Positions 9,534 to 18,195 are shown, counted from the first letter of the stretch. The stretch is 32,000 nucleotides of DNA from Promethearchaeia archaeon (GCA_046497275.1 JAWOFX010000053.1:22124-54123); one strand, 5' to 3'. The notes: generated by a model from the letters alone, not told the origin. Translations and numbers: made by a program.

Positions 9534-11398
9534 GTCCAGATCAATCTAATCAAGAAAATGAAAAATATAATATTAAGACTCTCTACATAATAAAGCGTTT
9601 GTTTAAATATATAGGATCTAAAAATCGAAAATATATTTTGCCGTTAGTTATAATCATTATTTTGAATATTTTGTTTAATTGGTTCTCTCCTCTCATCTTT
9701 CGATATTTGATTGATGAGGGATTGGGTGGATATTTTGGAACGGGAAGTGGTGGAGAAATAGAAATCATTATCACCGCAGGAGTGCTTTATTCTGTTGTCA
9801 CGATTTTAAGCGTGTTAACGAGAATCGCACAAGGATTTATAATACAAAAATTAGCAACAATTACAATGTTTAACTTAAGATATGAATTATTTACAAAATT
9901 CCAACTATTAGGATTAGATTATCATGACAATCCTGAAAAAACAGCAGGGAAAAAAGTATCTTATTTAACTAATGATGTCAATACTCTACAAGAGCTCATC
10001 AATAGTGGATTATTGGCAGTAATAGGCAATTTTTTTCTTATATTCGGTGCTGTAGTTTTTATGTTGATTTTAAGTCCTCAATTAACTCTAGTTGCCTTTC
10101 TTATTATTCCAATTATTTTTGTAGTTGGGGGCGTTGTTTTAGGCAAAGCCAGAAAATATTTTCAAGAATTAAGAGAACGAGTCTCAATAGTTACGAGTAC
10201 GTTAGATGAGTCTATAATGGGAATGAGAACTATACAATCTTTTGCTGTAGAGGAGGAAAGTTACGAAGAGTTTAATAACGCCACTTTAAAAGAACGAGAA
10301 ATAACCTTAAAATCAGCAAAATTATTTGCGATTATTCCTGGATTAGCCTTATTAATTATAAGTTCGGGGTTAATGGCATTATTTTTCACCGGAGGAATTT
10401 TAATTAGAGATGGAATAATTACAGTTGGCACATTAGTGGCTTTCATATTTTATATTTTCCAATTTTTTGAACCAATCATTGCGCTAATAGGGTTTTTTAC
10501 TTTACTACAAAACTCCATAGCAGCAGGAGCTCGGATGATCAATCTTTTAGATTTAGAGCCATCTATAAAAGAAAATAAAAATATTCAACAAATCGAAAAA
10601 ATAAGTGGAGAAATCAAATATAAAGAAGTTTCATTTCATTATGAAAAAGATCAACCCGTTTTGAAAAATATAATTGTCCATATTAAACCAGAAGAAAGAC
10701 TAGCCCTTGTTGGCTATACGGGAGCTGGAAAAAGTACTTTCATTAAATTACTCAGTAGGTTTTACGATCCAAATGAAGGGAGCATATATCTTGAAGGAAA
10801 AAATTTAAAAGTGTTGTCTTTAGACATAATTAGAAAAAATATGGGAATTGTTTTGCAGGAAAATTTTCTCTTTTCTACAACTATAATGGAGAATATACGA
10901 TATGGAAAACTCGAGGCATCAGATGAGGAAGTGATCGAAGCAGCCAAAAAAGTGAGTGCTCACGAATTTATAATGGAATTAGAAAACGGATATGAAACCT
11001 TAGTTGGTGAGCGTGGAAATAGACTATCCGAAGGTGAGAGACAATTAATCGCATTCGCAAGAGCATTGATAGCAGATCCCCCTATATTAATTTTAGATGA
11101 AGCAACCTCATCAATTGATCCGTATAGTGAATTACTTATACAACAAGCCTTAGAAACCCTATTAAAGGGCAGAACAAGCATATCTATCGCTCATAGATTA
11201 TCTACGATAATTAATTCTGACAGAATTTTGGTATTAGAAAAAGGTAAAATCATAGAAGAAGGATCTCATAAGGAACTAGTAGATAAAGGAGAATTTTATA
11301 AACACCTATACGACATGCAATTTAAGGATCCGTTCAAAAAGGAAAAAATTGAAGATAAAATTTCTATCGATGATTTAGATGAAGAAATTTTATCTTAA
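9530..11398 (+). CDS. Heterodimeric ABC exporter, consensus-site subunit (TM288/TmrA-like)
   Basis: GYTGAGKS, ILDEATSSID and IAHR are intact; signature is non-canonical LSEGERQ; 4-bp ATGA overlap with the partner gene. Confidence 0.92.
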   Translation: MSPDQSNQENEKYNIKTLYIIKRLFKYIGSKNRKYILPLVIIIILNILFNWFSPLIFRYLIDEGLGGYFGTGSGGEIEIIITAGVLYSVVTILSVLTRIAQGFIIQKLATITMFNLRYELFTKFQLLGLDYHDNPEKTAGKKVSYLTNDVNTLQELINSGLLAVIGNFFLIFGAVVFMLILSPQLTLVAFLIIPIIFVVGGVVLGKARKYFQELRERVSIVTSTLDESIMGMRTIQSFAVEEESYEEFNNATLKEREITLKSAKLFAIIPGLALLIISSGLMALFFTGGILIRDGIITVGTLVAFIFYIFQFFEPIIALIGFFTLLQNSIAAGARMINLLDLEPSIKENKNIQQIEKISGEIKYKEVSFHYEKDQPVLKNIIVHIKPEERLALVGYTGAGKSTFIKLLSRFYDPNEGSIYLEGKNLKVLSLDIIRKNMGIVLQENFLFSTTIMENIRYGKLEASDEEVIEAAKKVSAHEFIMELENGYETLVGERGNRLSEGERQLIAFARALIADPPILILDEATSSIDPYSELLIQQALETLLKGRTSISIAHRLSTIINSDRILVLEKGKIIEEGSHKELVDKGEFYKHLYDMQFKDPFKKEKIEDKISIDDLDEEILS

Positions 11399-11544
11399 TA
11401 ATATTAGAGAGAAGTTTTATTAATCGATTTTATTACATTTCTGATAAATTTGGTTTAATATTTTTAAAAAAAGAAATAAATAAAATGGATAAACTTTACG
11501 ATAAGTGATATTGTTTAATTTTACTTCAAAAAAGTTTTGATTAT

Positions 11545-11898
11545 TTATGTGGGGAATTCATACCCACATTTTTTACAGATTGTTTTTTTTGCATATATCT
11601 TTAAACCGCCCTGTTGGTGGAGGACGTGAGACTTATCTTCAACTTCGTTAAAATCCGTGCTACCGCAAGAGGGGCAAACTCTCCGACCCTCAATTGGGGG
11701 CTTTTCTTTTAATTTTTCCTCCTCTTCTTGCTTTTCAACCACAGCTGATGGTTTGACAGAACCTTGTTCTGTTTTTGAGGCTCTAGAAATTACACTGTTT
11801 CCAGAAGCCCCACCAGAATTAAGAAGTTTATCCAATTTAGTATTTATAGTCTCAAGTAGATCAATTACTTTCTCTTCAAATTCAGACATATTAATCAA
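11545..11898 (-). CDS. Small protein: N-terminal short coiled coil, flexible linker, C-terminal Zn ribbon paralogous to the gelsolin tail
   Basis: FEEKVIDLLETINTKLDKLL helix, G/S-rich linker, then EGRRVCPSCG...DKSHV...IYAKKTICKKCGYEF. Start may be the second Met (MSEFEE). Confidence 0.8.
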   Translation of the reverse strand: MINMSEFEEKVIDLLETINTKLDKLLNSGGASGNSVISRASKTEQGSVKPSAVVEKQEEEEKLKEKPPIEGRRVCPSCGSTDFNEVEDKSHVLHQQGGLKIYAKKTICKKCGYEFPT

Positions 11899-12036
11899 AT
11901 TCTCTTATTTTAATGTTATTAGTAAATACTTTTTACTAATAGATCTAAGATTTGTCTTAAATATTTTGGTAAAAATGAAATTTCGCTTAATTAGAAATGA
12001 CTCTCTATTAGTGTTCAAAATCAAGAATTCTATCAT

Positions 12037-14373
12037 CTAATTTCTTTGTTTTACTGGTACAAAAATCTTAAAAAAATTCTGTTTTACGTTTATCCCACCT
12101 TGAAACTTTACAATAATTTTGTTACCTGAAAGAGTTGTAGCGTGAAGATTGTTATATGAATTACCAAATCCATTAAAAAGAACGATTTCTCCATCGCTCA
12201 AATTTGAATCTAACGTTTTTGAATCCTTAATCCGTAAGTACATTCCTGGTTTAATATCATCTAAACTATTTACATTATGTATACTTGAGAAAGAATAGGT
12301 TCCAGCATAATTCTCCACCACGTAATCATACAATTGTTTTAAGGGTTTTTTTTGGATTTCGATTATCTCTCCTTTAATACCTCGTTTTGCAATTAGTAAA
12401 GCAGCAATCGCATGATCTACAAATCCTTTACTCTTAACCTCGCTTACGAGTTCACCATTTTGTAATCTAAATAACGCTTCTTTTGTAGTTTTGAATTCAT
12501 CTACTAAAAAAATATTTGGAGGCTCAAAACTAGGTTTAGATAATTGTTTTTGATCTTCTTTCTCATTTGTTTCTATGGTATTATAATCAGAAATTATACA
12601 TTCATTATTCTCACAAGGGATATTAAAGTATTCAATTAAGAAATCGATGATGAAACTGGAACCAGGACCGTGTCCTACAAATATTTTATTAATAAAATCT
12701 TTCTCGTCACCGAGAAATAAGTCTAATTCTTCCCGAAGTTGTTTTTTCGCACTTTTTTGCGTTTTCGTATTTTTAATAGTGTCCTTGAGATTCACATACC
12801 ATAAGGATGGAAGTTCGGAAGGTTCGATTAGGCAAAACCCGAAATGTCTCGTCCCTGGATCAACAGAAAAAATTTTGTCTGTTTGGTCGAAATTAAAAAG
12901 ATTGATATCTGCTCTCCCATTTGAGATTTTCATCAAGGAATTAAAAAACTTTTCAAACTTTTGATTATTTACTTGGAGAAAAAAGACATTAGCTTGAGAT
13001 TGATATAACACTTCTATATCATATTTTTCAATAAGGTCATAAATTTCATGATAATTCTCTACCTTTACTAATACATCTTGATGAGGTATAATTTTAATTA
13101 ATCTCACTTTCTCAATTGCTTTTGCAACTGCTTGAGCAATGTCATCTTCATTCTTACCTGAAAGGATATCCACAAGGAGCCCATCAAGATGGAAAGCTTC
13201 ATAGGCTGTGGTGGCTCCTAAAATATCATACAATCTCTTATTTTTTTTACCTTGACGAGTTATAGTTATTTGTTTTTTAAATCGGGGAGCAATACGTACT
13301 CTAGCAGAATTATATCTTGCTTTAGTTTTTTTATTTATGGTAATTATTCCTTTCACTTTTGACTTAGTTATTTTAAAATTAATAAGAGTCTCAAGGTTTT
13401 CCTTAATAAAATCAAATTGTACATTTCCTAATACCTGAATAATAATTTCATTTTTCTCAATGTAATAGTCAAACGAGGGAATAATTTTTTTAAGCTTTTC
13501 AAGGATTTCAATTCCTGTTTTAAATTTTACTGGATCTTCAATTTCTATATAGAATTCTTTTCGTGGTTGAATTTCTGATAAAAGACTATCAATTTTAGGT
13601 GAGAAGAACTTTCCTTTATAATATTTTGTTCCCAAATCGGATTTCAATTCTATATTAAGTGAAGCTTGGACGATTTGTCCTTCAAACGCTTCTTGTAGAG
13701 GTTTTCCTTTTAGGGAAAATAATCTTCGTACACTTACTTTATCCGAAATATAACTATTAGATTTTAAAGTACCAGAAAAAATTCCAATATTAATTAATTC
13801 ACCAATTCCTTTTTTTATATCATACCCGAGAATAATGAATCCAAGATCTTGCTCATAATTTTCTCTATGCCTAACATAGAGACAGATCTTCTCTATTAAT
13901 TGCTCAATCCCAAAAAGTTCTTTTGCTGAAGTTTCTATAATAGGGTATTTTCTATCAGTTATCTTTCTTAGGTCTTTTTTGATCCTAGATAAATTAGCAT
14001 TATTAAGATCCATCTTAGTAGCGGCTATGATAATGGGTATTTCATTTTCAATAGCTTTTTCATATAACCAATAAGTTCGCGCTTGAAAACCTTCATTACC
14101 AGCTATTACTAAAACTAAAAGATCAGCGAATTCAAGTCCTAAAGCAATACTTCCTTTAAAATCAGCATGACCAGGACTATCTAAAAAATTAAGTAATATG
14201 TTTTTTTGCTTGAGAACAAATTGAATAACTTTCAAACTGACTGTTGTGCCATGATTGAGTTCATAATCAAGGTTATCAGGAAATTTTCCGATTATTGTGC
14301 TAATTAATGAACTCTTACCATGTTGAGAATGCCCCGCGACAAGAACATTAATAATCCTCTGTTTTTTTTCCAT
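12037..14373 (-). CDS. EF-G-like translational GTPase fused to YqgF/RuvX-like RNase H-fold domain and an unassigned C-terminal domain
   Basis: G1 GHSQHGKS, switch I ELNHGTTV, G3 DSPGH, G4 TKMD, G5 TSAK. EF-G domain III-like LEKLKKIIPSF...IIIQVLGNVQFDFIKENL; domain IV-like YNSARVRIAP; domain V-like FFNSLMKISNGRADINLF. Nuclease motifs SVDPGTRHFG, FVGHGPGS, LVDEFKTTKEA and VDHAIAALLI. Confidence 0.8.
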   Translation of the reverse strand: MEKKQRIINVLVAGHSQHGKSSLISTIIGKFPDNLDYELNHGTTVSLKVIQFVLKQKNILLNFLDSPGHADFKGSIALGLEFADLLVLVIAGNEGFQARTYWLYEKAIENEIPIIIAATKMDLNNANLSRIKKDLRKITDRKYPIIETSAKELFGIEQLIEKICLYVRHRENYEQDLGFIILGYDIKKGIGELINIGIFSGTLKSNSYISDKVSVRRLFSLKGKPLQEAFEGQIVQASLNIELKSDLGTKYYKGKFFSPKIDSLLSEIQPRKEFYIEIEDPVKFKTGIEILEKLKKIIPSFDYYIEKNEIIIQVLGNVQFDFIKENLETLINFKITKSKVKGIITINKKTKARYNSARVRIAPRFKKQITITRQGKKNKRLYDILGATTAYEAFHLDGLLVDILSGKNEDDIAQAVAKAIEKVRLIKIIPHQDVLVKVENYHEIYDLIEKYDIEVLYQSQANVFFLQVNNQKFEKFFNSLMKISNGRADINLFNFDQTDKIFSVDPGTRHFGFCLIEPSELPSLWYVNLKDTIKNTKTQKSAKKQLREELDLFLGDEKDFINKIFVGHGPGSSFIIDFLIEYFNIPCENNECIISDYNTIETNEKEDQKQLSKPSFEPPNIFLVDEFKTTKEALFRLQNGELVSEVKSKGFVDHAIAALLIAKRGIKGEIIEIQKKPLKQLYDYVVENYAGTYSFSSIHNVNSLDDIKPGMYLRIKDSKTLDSNLSDGEIVLFNGFGNSYNNLHATTLSGNKIIVKFQGGINVKQNFFKIFVPVKQRN

Positions 14374-14398
14374 CTCGATTAAGAAAATATAAGTTAAA

Positions 14399-14429
14399 AT
14401 CTAAAATTTTTGATAGAGATCTAAAATTT
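14399..14429. repeat. 11-bp direct repeat ATCTAAAATTT x2, 20-bp period, in the divergent GTPase/heliorhodopsin intergenic region
   Basis: Copies at 14399-14409 and 14419-14429, read directly. Function unproven. Confidence 0.4.
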
Positions 14430-14553
14430 CAATATATTTTTTTGGATTATAAATTCGATTTTATTATCTTTATAAAGCTATTAAAAAAAGCTATAGCATT
14501 CTTTTTGAATTATTACCAAATTGTTAATATAATACGAATTCTAATGCTTTATC

Positions 14554-15378
14554 ATGGAATCTACTAAAAAAGATGAAGAATGGTTAATTCCAAAATCAGA
14601 GATCTCATTTGAATATCTTACCCATTTCAATCGAAATATGATGATATTGCATTTAATACAAGGAATAATTATGGTTATCTTTGGGTTATTACCGTTTTTA
14701 CAGTATCCAGCAAATATATATACCACTTATCCCAATTATTTTGCTGGTGTAATACCGACCGCAGAGATTTTATTCGAATTCAGTGCCGTGGGAGCATTAG
14801 TTGGAGTATTTCTATTGCTTTCAGCACTAGCTCATTTCCTTATTACCTATCCTCTAAATAAAATGTATGTGAGAGATTTGAAGAAAGGAATAAATAAAGT
14901 ACGTTGGTTTGAATATGCCTTATCAAGTTCGGTGATGATTGTTTTAATAGGGATTTTTTTTGGGATTCGTGATTTCTGGTTGTTATTTACGATATTTGTT
15001 TCTAACGCGTTAATGAATATGGGTGGATTGTTGATGGAACAAATGAGCGTCTATACAAGGAGACTCGGAGAAAAACCTAAATGGGGTGCATATTATGTTG
15101 GTGTAGTTGCAGGTGCTGTCCCTTGGATTGTAATCACTGCTTTTTTCATTGTCGCTGGTTTAAATGCTGCAGGAGAAATACCTTTGTTTGTTTATATAAT
15201 TTACATAGTCCAATTAGTGTTCTTTAACACATTCGCTATAAATATGATCCTTCAATATAAGAAAATTGGGAAGTGGAAGGATTATCTTTACGGTGAGCGA
15301 GTATACATATTATTAAGTCTTATATCGAAAACATTTCTCGCATGGCTAGTATTCGCTGGTGTGTTTCAACCTGCTTAA
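14554..15378 (+). CDS. Heliorhodopsin
   Basis: Seven TM segments. FNRNMMILHLIQ (H33), SALAHF (H94), GINKVRWFEYALSSSVM (counter-ion E120), MGGLLMEQ, and LSLISKTFLAW (retinal Lys K259) match heliorhodopsin rather than type-1 motifs. Confidence 0.95.
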   Translation: MESTKKDEEWLIPKSEISFEYLTHFNRNMMILHLIQGIIMVIFGLLPFLQYPANIYTTYPNYFAGVIPTAEILFEFSAVGALVGVFLLLSALAHFLITYPLNKMYVRDLKKGINKVRWFEYALSSSVMIVLIGIFFGIRDFWLLFTIFVSNALMNMGGLLMEQMSVYTRRLGEKPKWGAYYVGVVAGAVPWIVITAFFIVAGLNAAGEIPLFVYIIYIVQLVFFNTFAINMILQYKKIGKWKDYLYGERVYILLSLISKTFLAWLVFAGVFQPA

Positions 15379-15467
15379 GCAAATATAAAACTAAATAATA
15401 TCTTTTTATTTTTTTATTTCTATTTTCTATTAGAATTTCCTTTTATTTGGAAATATATTAACAATTT

Positions 15468-15917
15468 TTATCCAACTCCATGTTTTCCAGCATAAATTGA
15501 TGCAGCTAATTGAAAAAAATAAGTCCCCATTGTAATAAATCCAAATAATGCTCCAATCGTCCAAGTAAGGCCCCACGTCAAAATTAGGCCTACATAATAA
15601 AGCAATAAAAAGGGTATTAAGATTTTATAATTTTTGGGATTTCTAAATTCTATTTTTTTAATAAAATCTACTACTAATGTATATATAATAAAAACAAGTA
15701 AAATAGAAGGAAAGAGCCAATACCACCATTCTCTTAAAAGTAGGCAATTAAAAATTATTATAATAAATAATGGAATTCCAATAATAATGAATAATTTTCC
15801 AGATAATTCAGATAAGATTTGTTTTTTAACACGTCCAATAAACATTAAACCAGCAAAACTATTTGCTAAATTTATAATAATAAATAAAAAGAAATCTAAT
15901 ATAAAGTATATAGCCAT
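15468..15917 (-). CDS. Uncharacterised multi-pass membrane protein
   Basis: About four to five hydrophobic segments with the loop VDFIKKIEFRNP. ATG at 15917 preferred over the track's GTG at 15932. Confidence 0.65.
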   Translation of the reverse strand: MAIYFILDFFLFIIINLANSFAGLMFIGRVKKQILSELSGKLFIIIGIPLFIIIIFNCLLLREWWYWLFPSILLVFIIYTLVVDFIKKIEFRNPKNYKILIPFLLLYYVGLILTWGLTWTIGALFGFITMGTYFFQLAASIYAGKHGVG

Positions 15918-16003
15918 TTTGCAAACACTCACTCCAATTGAGTATTTAAAAAATTTTATTTTTTAATAGTTAGATATAAAGTATTAAATTAGAACTTATT
16001 AAT

Positions 16004-16462
16004 CTAATCTCTTCTTTTTCCTTCGATCTCTTCAAAATAATCTAATATTGACTCTTTAATCTCAATCGCAGGATAAATTAATCTTGATTTGTACACGTAG
16101 TCTAAAGCATCATCCCATGTCCAATTGGGATGTTCCTTTAGCAACCATGCCATTATAATACCCCCACTTCGTGAGATGCCCATCGCACAATGTACCAGAA
16201 CCTTTCCTTTTTCAATATGCTCATCAATAAATTCTAAAATATCTTTTAAATATTTATGAGGAGGGTACCAATCATCAGGAAAACCTCGAAAAAGATAATC
16301 AAACCCCAATGGAACGGGATTATATAAATTATCTTCCATTAAATTTACTATTGCTGTGATACCAATCTTCTTAAATTTTTCAAAGTTCAAACGAGGCCAA
16401 TAGGCACCTATATACAAATTCTTATGAACTTTATAAATTTGATCTAATTCTGGCTGCTTCAT
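16004..16462 (-). CDS. Dual-specificity phosphatase (CX5R family)
   Basis: VLVHCAMGISRSG active site, LYIG and ITAIVNL N-terminal motifs, FPDD general-acid loop. Confidence 0.92.
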   Translation of the reverse strand: MKQPELDQIYKVHKNLYIGAYWPRLNFEKFKKIGITAIVNLMEDNLYNPVPLGFDYLFRGFPDDWYPPHKYLKDILEFIDEHIEKGKVLVHCAMGISRSGGIIMAWLLKEHPNWTWDDALDYVYKSRLIYPAIEIKESILDYFEEIEGKRRD

Positions 16463-16492
16463 TTTTTAAAATAAGAATGATATGATTTTGAT

Positions 16493-16891
16493 TTATTCTT
16501 TAATTGCTTTCAAATCTCTACTTGCAATTAGATTTGCCTCATCATCAACTATTTTTTCTATCAATATATCCCCCATTTTAAGTGGAGCTTTTACAACAGT
16601 GTTAGCGATTTTATCTAAAGCCTCCTCTAATTTTTGTTTTGGAATCGCTTGATCTACTCTTACGGGAACTAAGGGAAGAAATCCATTTTCAACTCGAATT
16701 GTAGTGGTCAAAACACGTTTTGGTTCATAAAATTCTTGTTTCGCGTATTCTAATCCTCTTCTACAAGTATACCCTTCGAAATTTACCTCTCCTTCTGGGT
16801 TTTCCTTCACTTTAATTTCACAACCAGTAGGACAGACAATGCAACGAATGGTTTTTATTACTTCGGGATCACCACTAGTTTCTGTACTCAT
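16493..16891 (-). CDS. DUF1667-type small metal-binding protein of GlpA-like operons
   Basis: CIVCPTGC, GYTCRRG and PKRVLTTT motifs; 4-bp overlap with the upstream gene. Confidence 0.85.
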   Translation of the reverse strand: MSTETSGDPEVIKTIRCIVCPTGCEIKVKENPEGEVNFEGYTCRRGLEYAKQEFYEPKRVLTTTIRVENGFLPLVPVRVDQAIPKQKLEEALDKIANTVVKAPLKMGDILIEKIVDDEANLIASRDLKAIKE

Positions 16892-18195
16892 GATTGATCC
16901 TCCTCATCTATTAATGGTTCTGGTTGGGGTACCACATCTATTATTAATTCCTTACATGTAGGACTAATTTCTAAGCTACTCATATCTAACTTAAATTCAA
17001 TCATTTCGCTTGGTATTACATAACGTTTCCTTCGTGTGTAGATTACTTTATTTGTCTCATCTTTGATTTGAATTTGAATTCTCCGGTCAGGACTCTTGAC
17101 TCGAAAAGTAAAAATAACTTCTTTAGAGAGATCATTAATATTAATTAGATCTGGTTTAACATAGTTAACATTTTCTCCGGGGAGACAGAGAATTCTTTTG
17201 ACTTTTTCCACTTTTTTTTTATACCTCTCTTCTATATATTCCACTGCTTTTTTTCCGGCTCTTTTTGCTTCAGCAGATACAAGATCAACTAAATCATGGA
17301 CCTGTAAGACATTTCCACAAGCAAAAACACCCTCAAGAGTTGTTTCAAGATTATTGTCTACAATGGGACCCCCCATATTGGAAATTTCAGCTCCCGCTTG
17401 TTTAGTTAATTCATTTTCCGGAATTAATCCCACAGAGAGTAAAAGGGCATCGCATTCAATAAATCTGTCTGTTCCTATAATTCTATCAAAATTCCTATCT
17501 ACTCTGCTTATCGTCACACCTTTTAATCTGTCTTTCCCATGAATTTTAGTGACTGTATAACTAGTAATTAATGGGATGTTATAATCTTCTAAACATTGAA
17601 CTTGATTTCTGATAAGACCACTTACATAAGGTTGAATTTCAACTACAGCTTTTACTTTGCAACCCTCCCAGGTCAATCGTCTTGCCATAATCATTCCAAT
17701 ATCACCACTTCCTAAAATTACATATGTTCTTCCAGGAAGATATCCTTCTATGTTTACAAATCTTTGAGCTTGGCCTGCCGTGTAAATTCCTGCGGGTCTA
17801 AAACCAGGAATATTAATGGCTCCTCTCGTGCGTTCTCGACATCCCATCGCAAGAATAATTGCTTTAGCAGTAATTTCAATGATTCCTTCATTTTTATTTA
17901 TTGCATAGATCTTTTTTTTAGGAGTGATTTCAAGTACCATTGTGTCTAATTTGTAAGGAATATTCAATTCTTCAACTTCATTTATAAATCTTTGAGCATA
18001 TTCCGGTCCCGAGAGTTCCTCATCAAATTCTGTAACTCCAAATCCTACATGAATACATTGTAATAATATCCCACCGAGCTCAATATCTCGCTCTAGTATA
18101 AGTGCTTCGTATCCTGCTTTTTTCACTTCAATCGCAGAAGCTAATCCAGCAGCTCCTCCTCCAATCACAGCTACATCTGTCTCATATTTATTCAT
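16888..18195 (-). CDS. NAD(P)/FAD-dependent oxidoreductase (pyridine nucleotide-disulfide family), partner of GlpA-like enzyme
   Basis: IGGGAAG, GGILLQCIHVGFG, MGCRER, ILGSGDIG and FACGNVLQVHDLVD motifs; 4-bp overlaps at both ends. Confidence 0.9.
   Translation of the reverse strand: MNKYETDVAVIGGGAAGLASAIEVKKAGYEALILERDIELGGILLQCIHVGFGVTEFDEELSGPEYAQRFINEVEELNIPYKLDTMVLEITPKKKIYAINKNEGIIEITAKAIILAMGCRERTRGAINIPGFRPAGIYTAGQAQRFVNIEGYLPGRTYVILGSGDIGMIMARRLTWEGCKVKAVVEIQPYVSGLIRNQVQCLEDYNIPLITSYTVTKIHGKDRLKGVTISRVDRNFDRIIGTDRFIECDALLLSVGLIPENELTKQAGAEISNMGGPIVDNNLETTLEGVFACGNVLQVHDLVDLVSAEAKRAGKKAVEYIEERYKKKVEKVKRILCLPGENVNYVKPDLININDLSKEVIFTFRVKSPDRRIQIQIKDETNKVIYTRRKRYVIPSEMIEFKLDMSSLEISPTCKELIIDVVPQPEPLIDEEDQS

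Noticed and set aside
12379-12879. Transposase, Cas12/TnpB RuvC or viral resolvase origin for the RNase H-like segment
   Set aside because: No terminal repeats, target duplications, array or viral genes nearby, and the DPG / DE-x-x-TT-x-EA / D-x-x-AA pattern fits YqgF/RuvX better.
12037-14373. Calling the GTPase EF-2, SelB or TetM
   Set aside because: It lacks the G' insert and full-size domain IV of EF-2/TetM, has EF-G-like rather than SelB-like downstream domains, has altered G motifs, and carries an extra nuclease-like domain.
14554-15378. Type-1 proton-pumping rhodopsin or schizorhodopsin
   Set aside because: The RWFEYALSS and LSLISK motifs plus the two TM histidines are heliorhodopsin-specific; no DTD/DTE-type pump motif.
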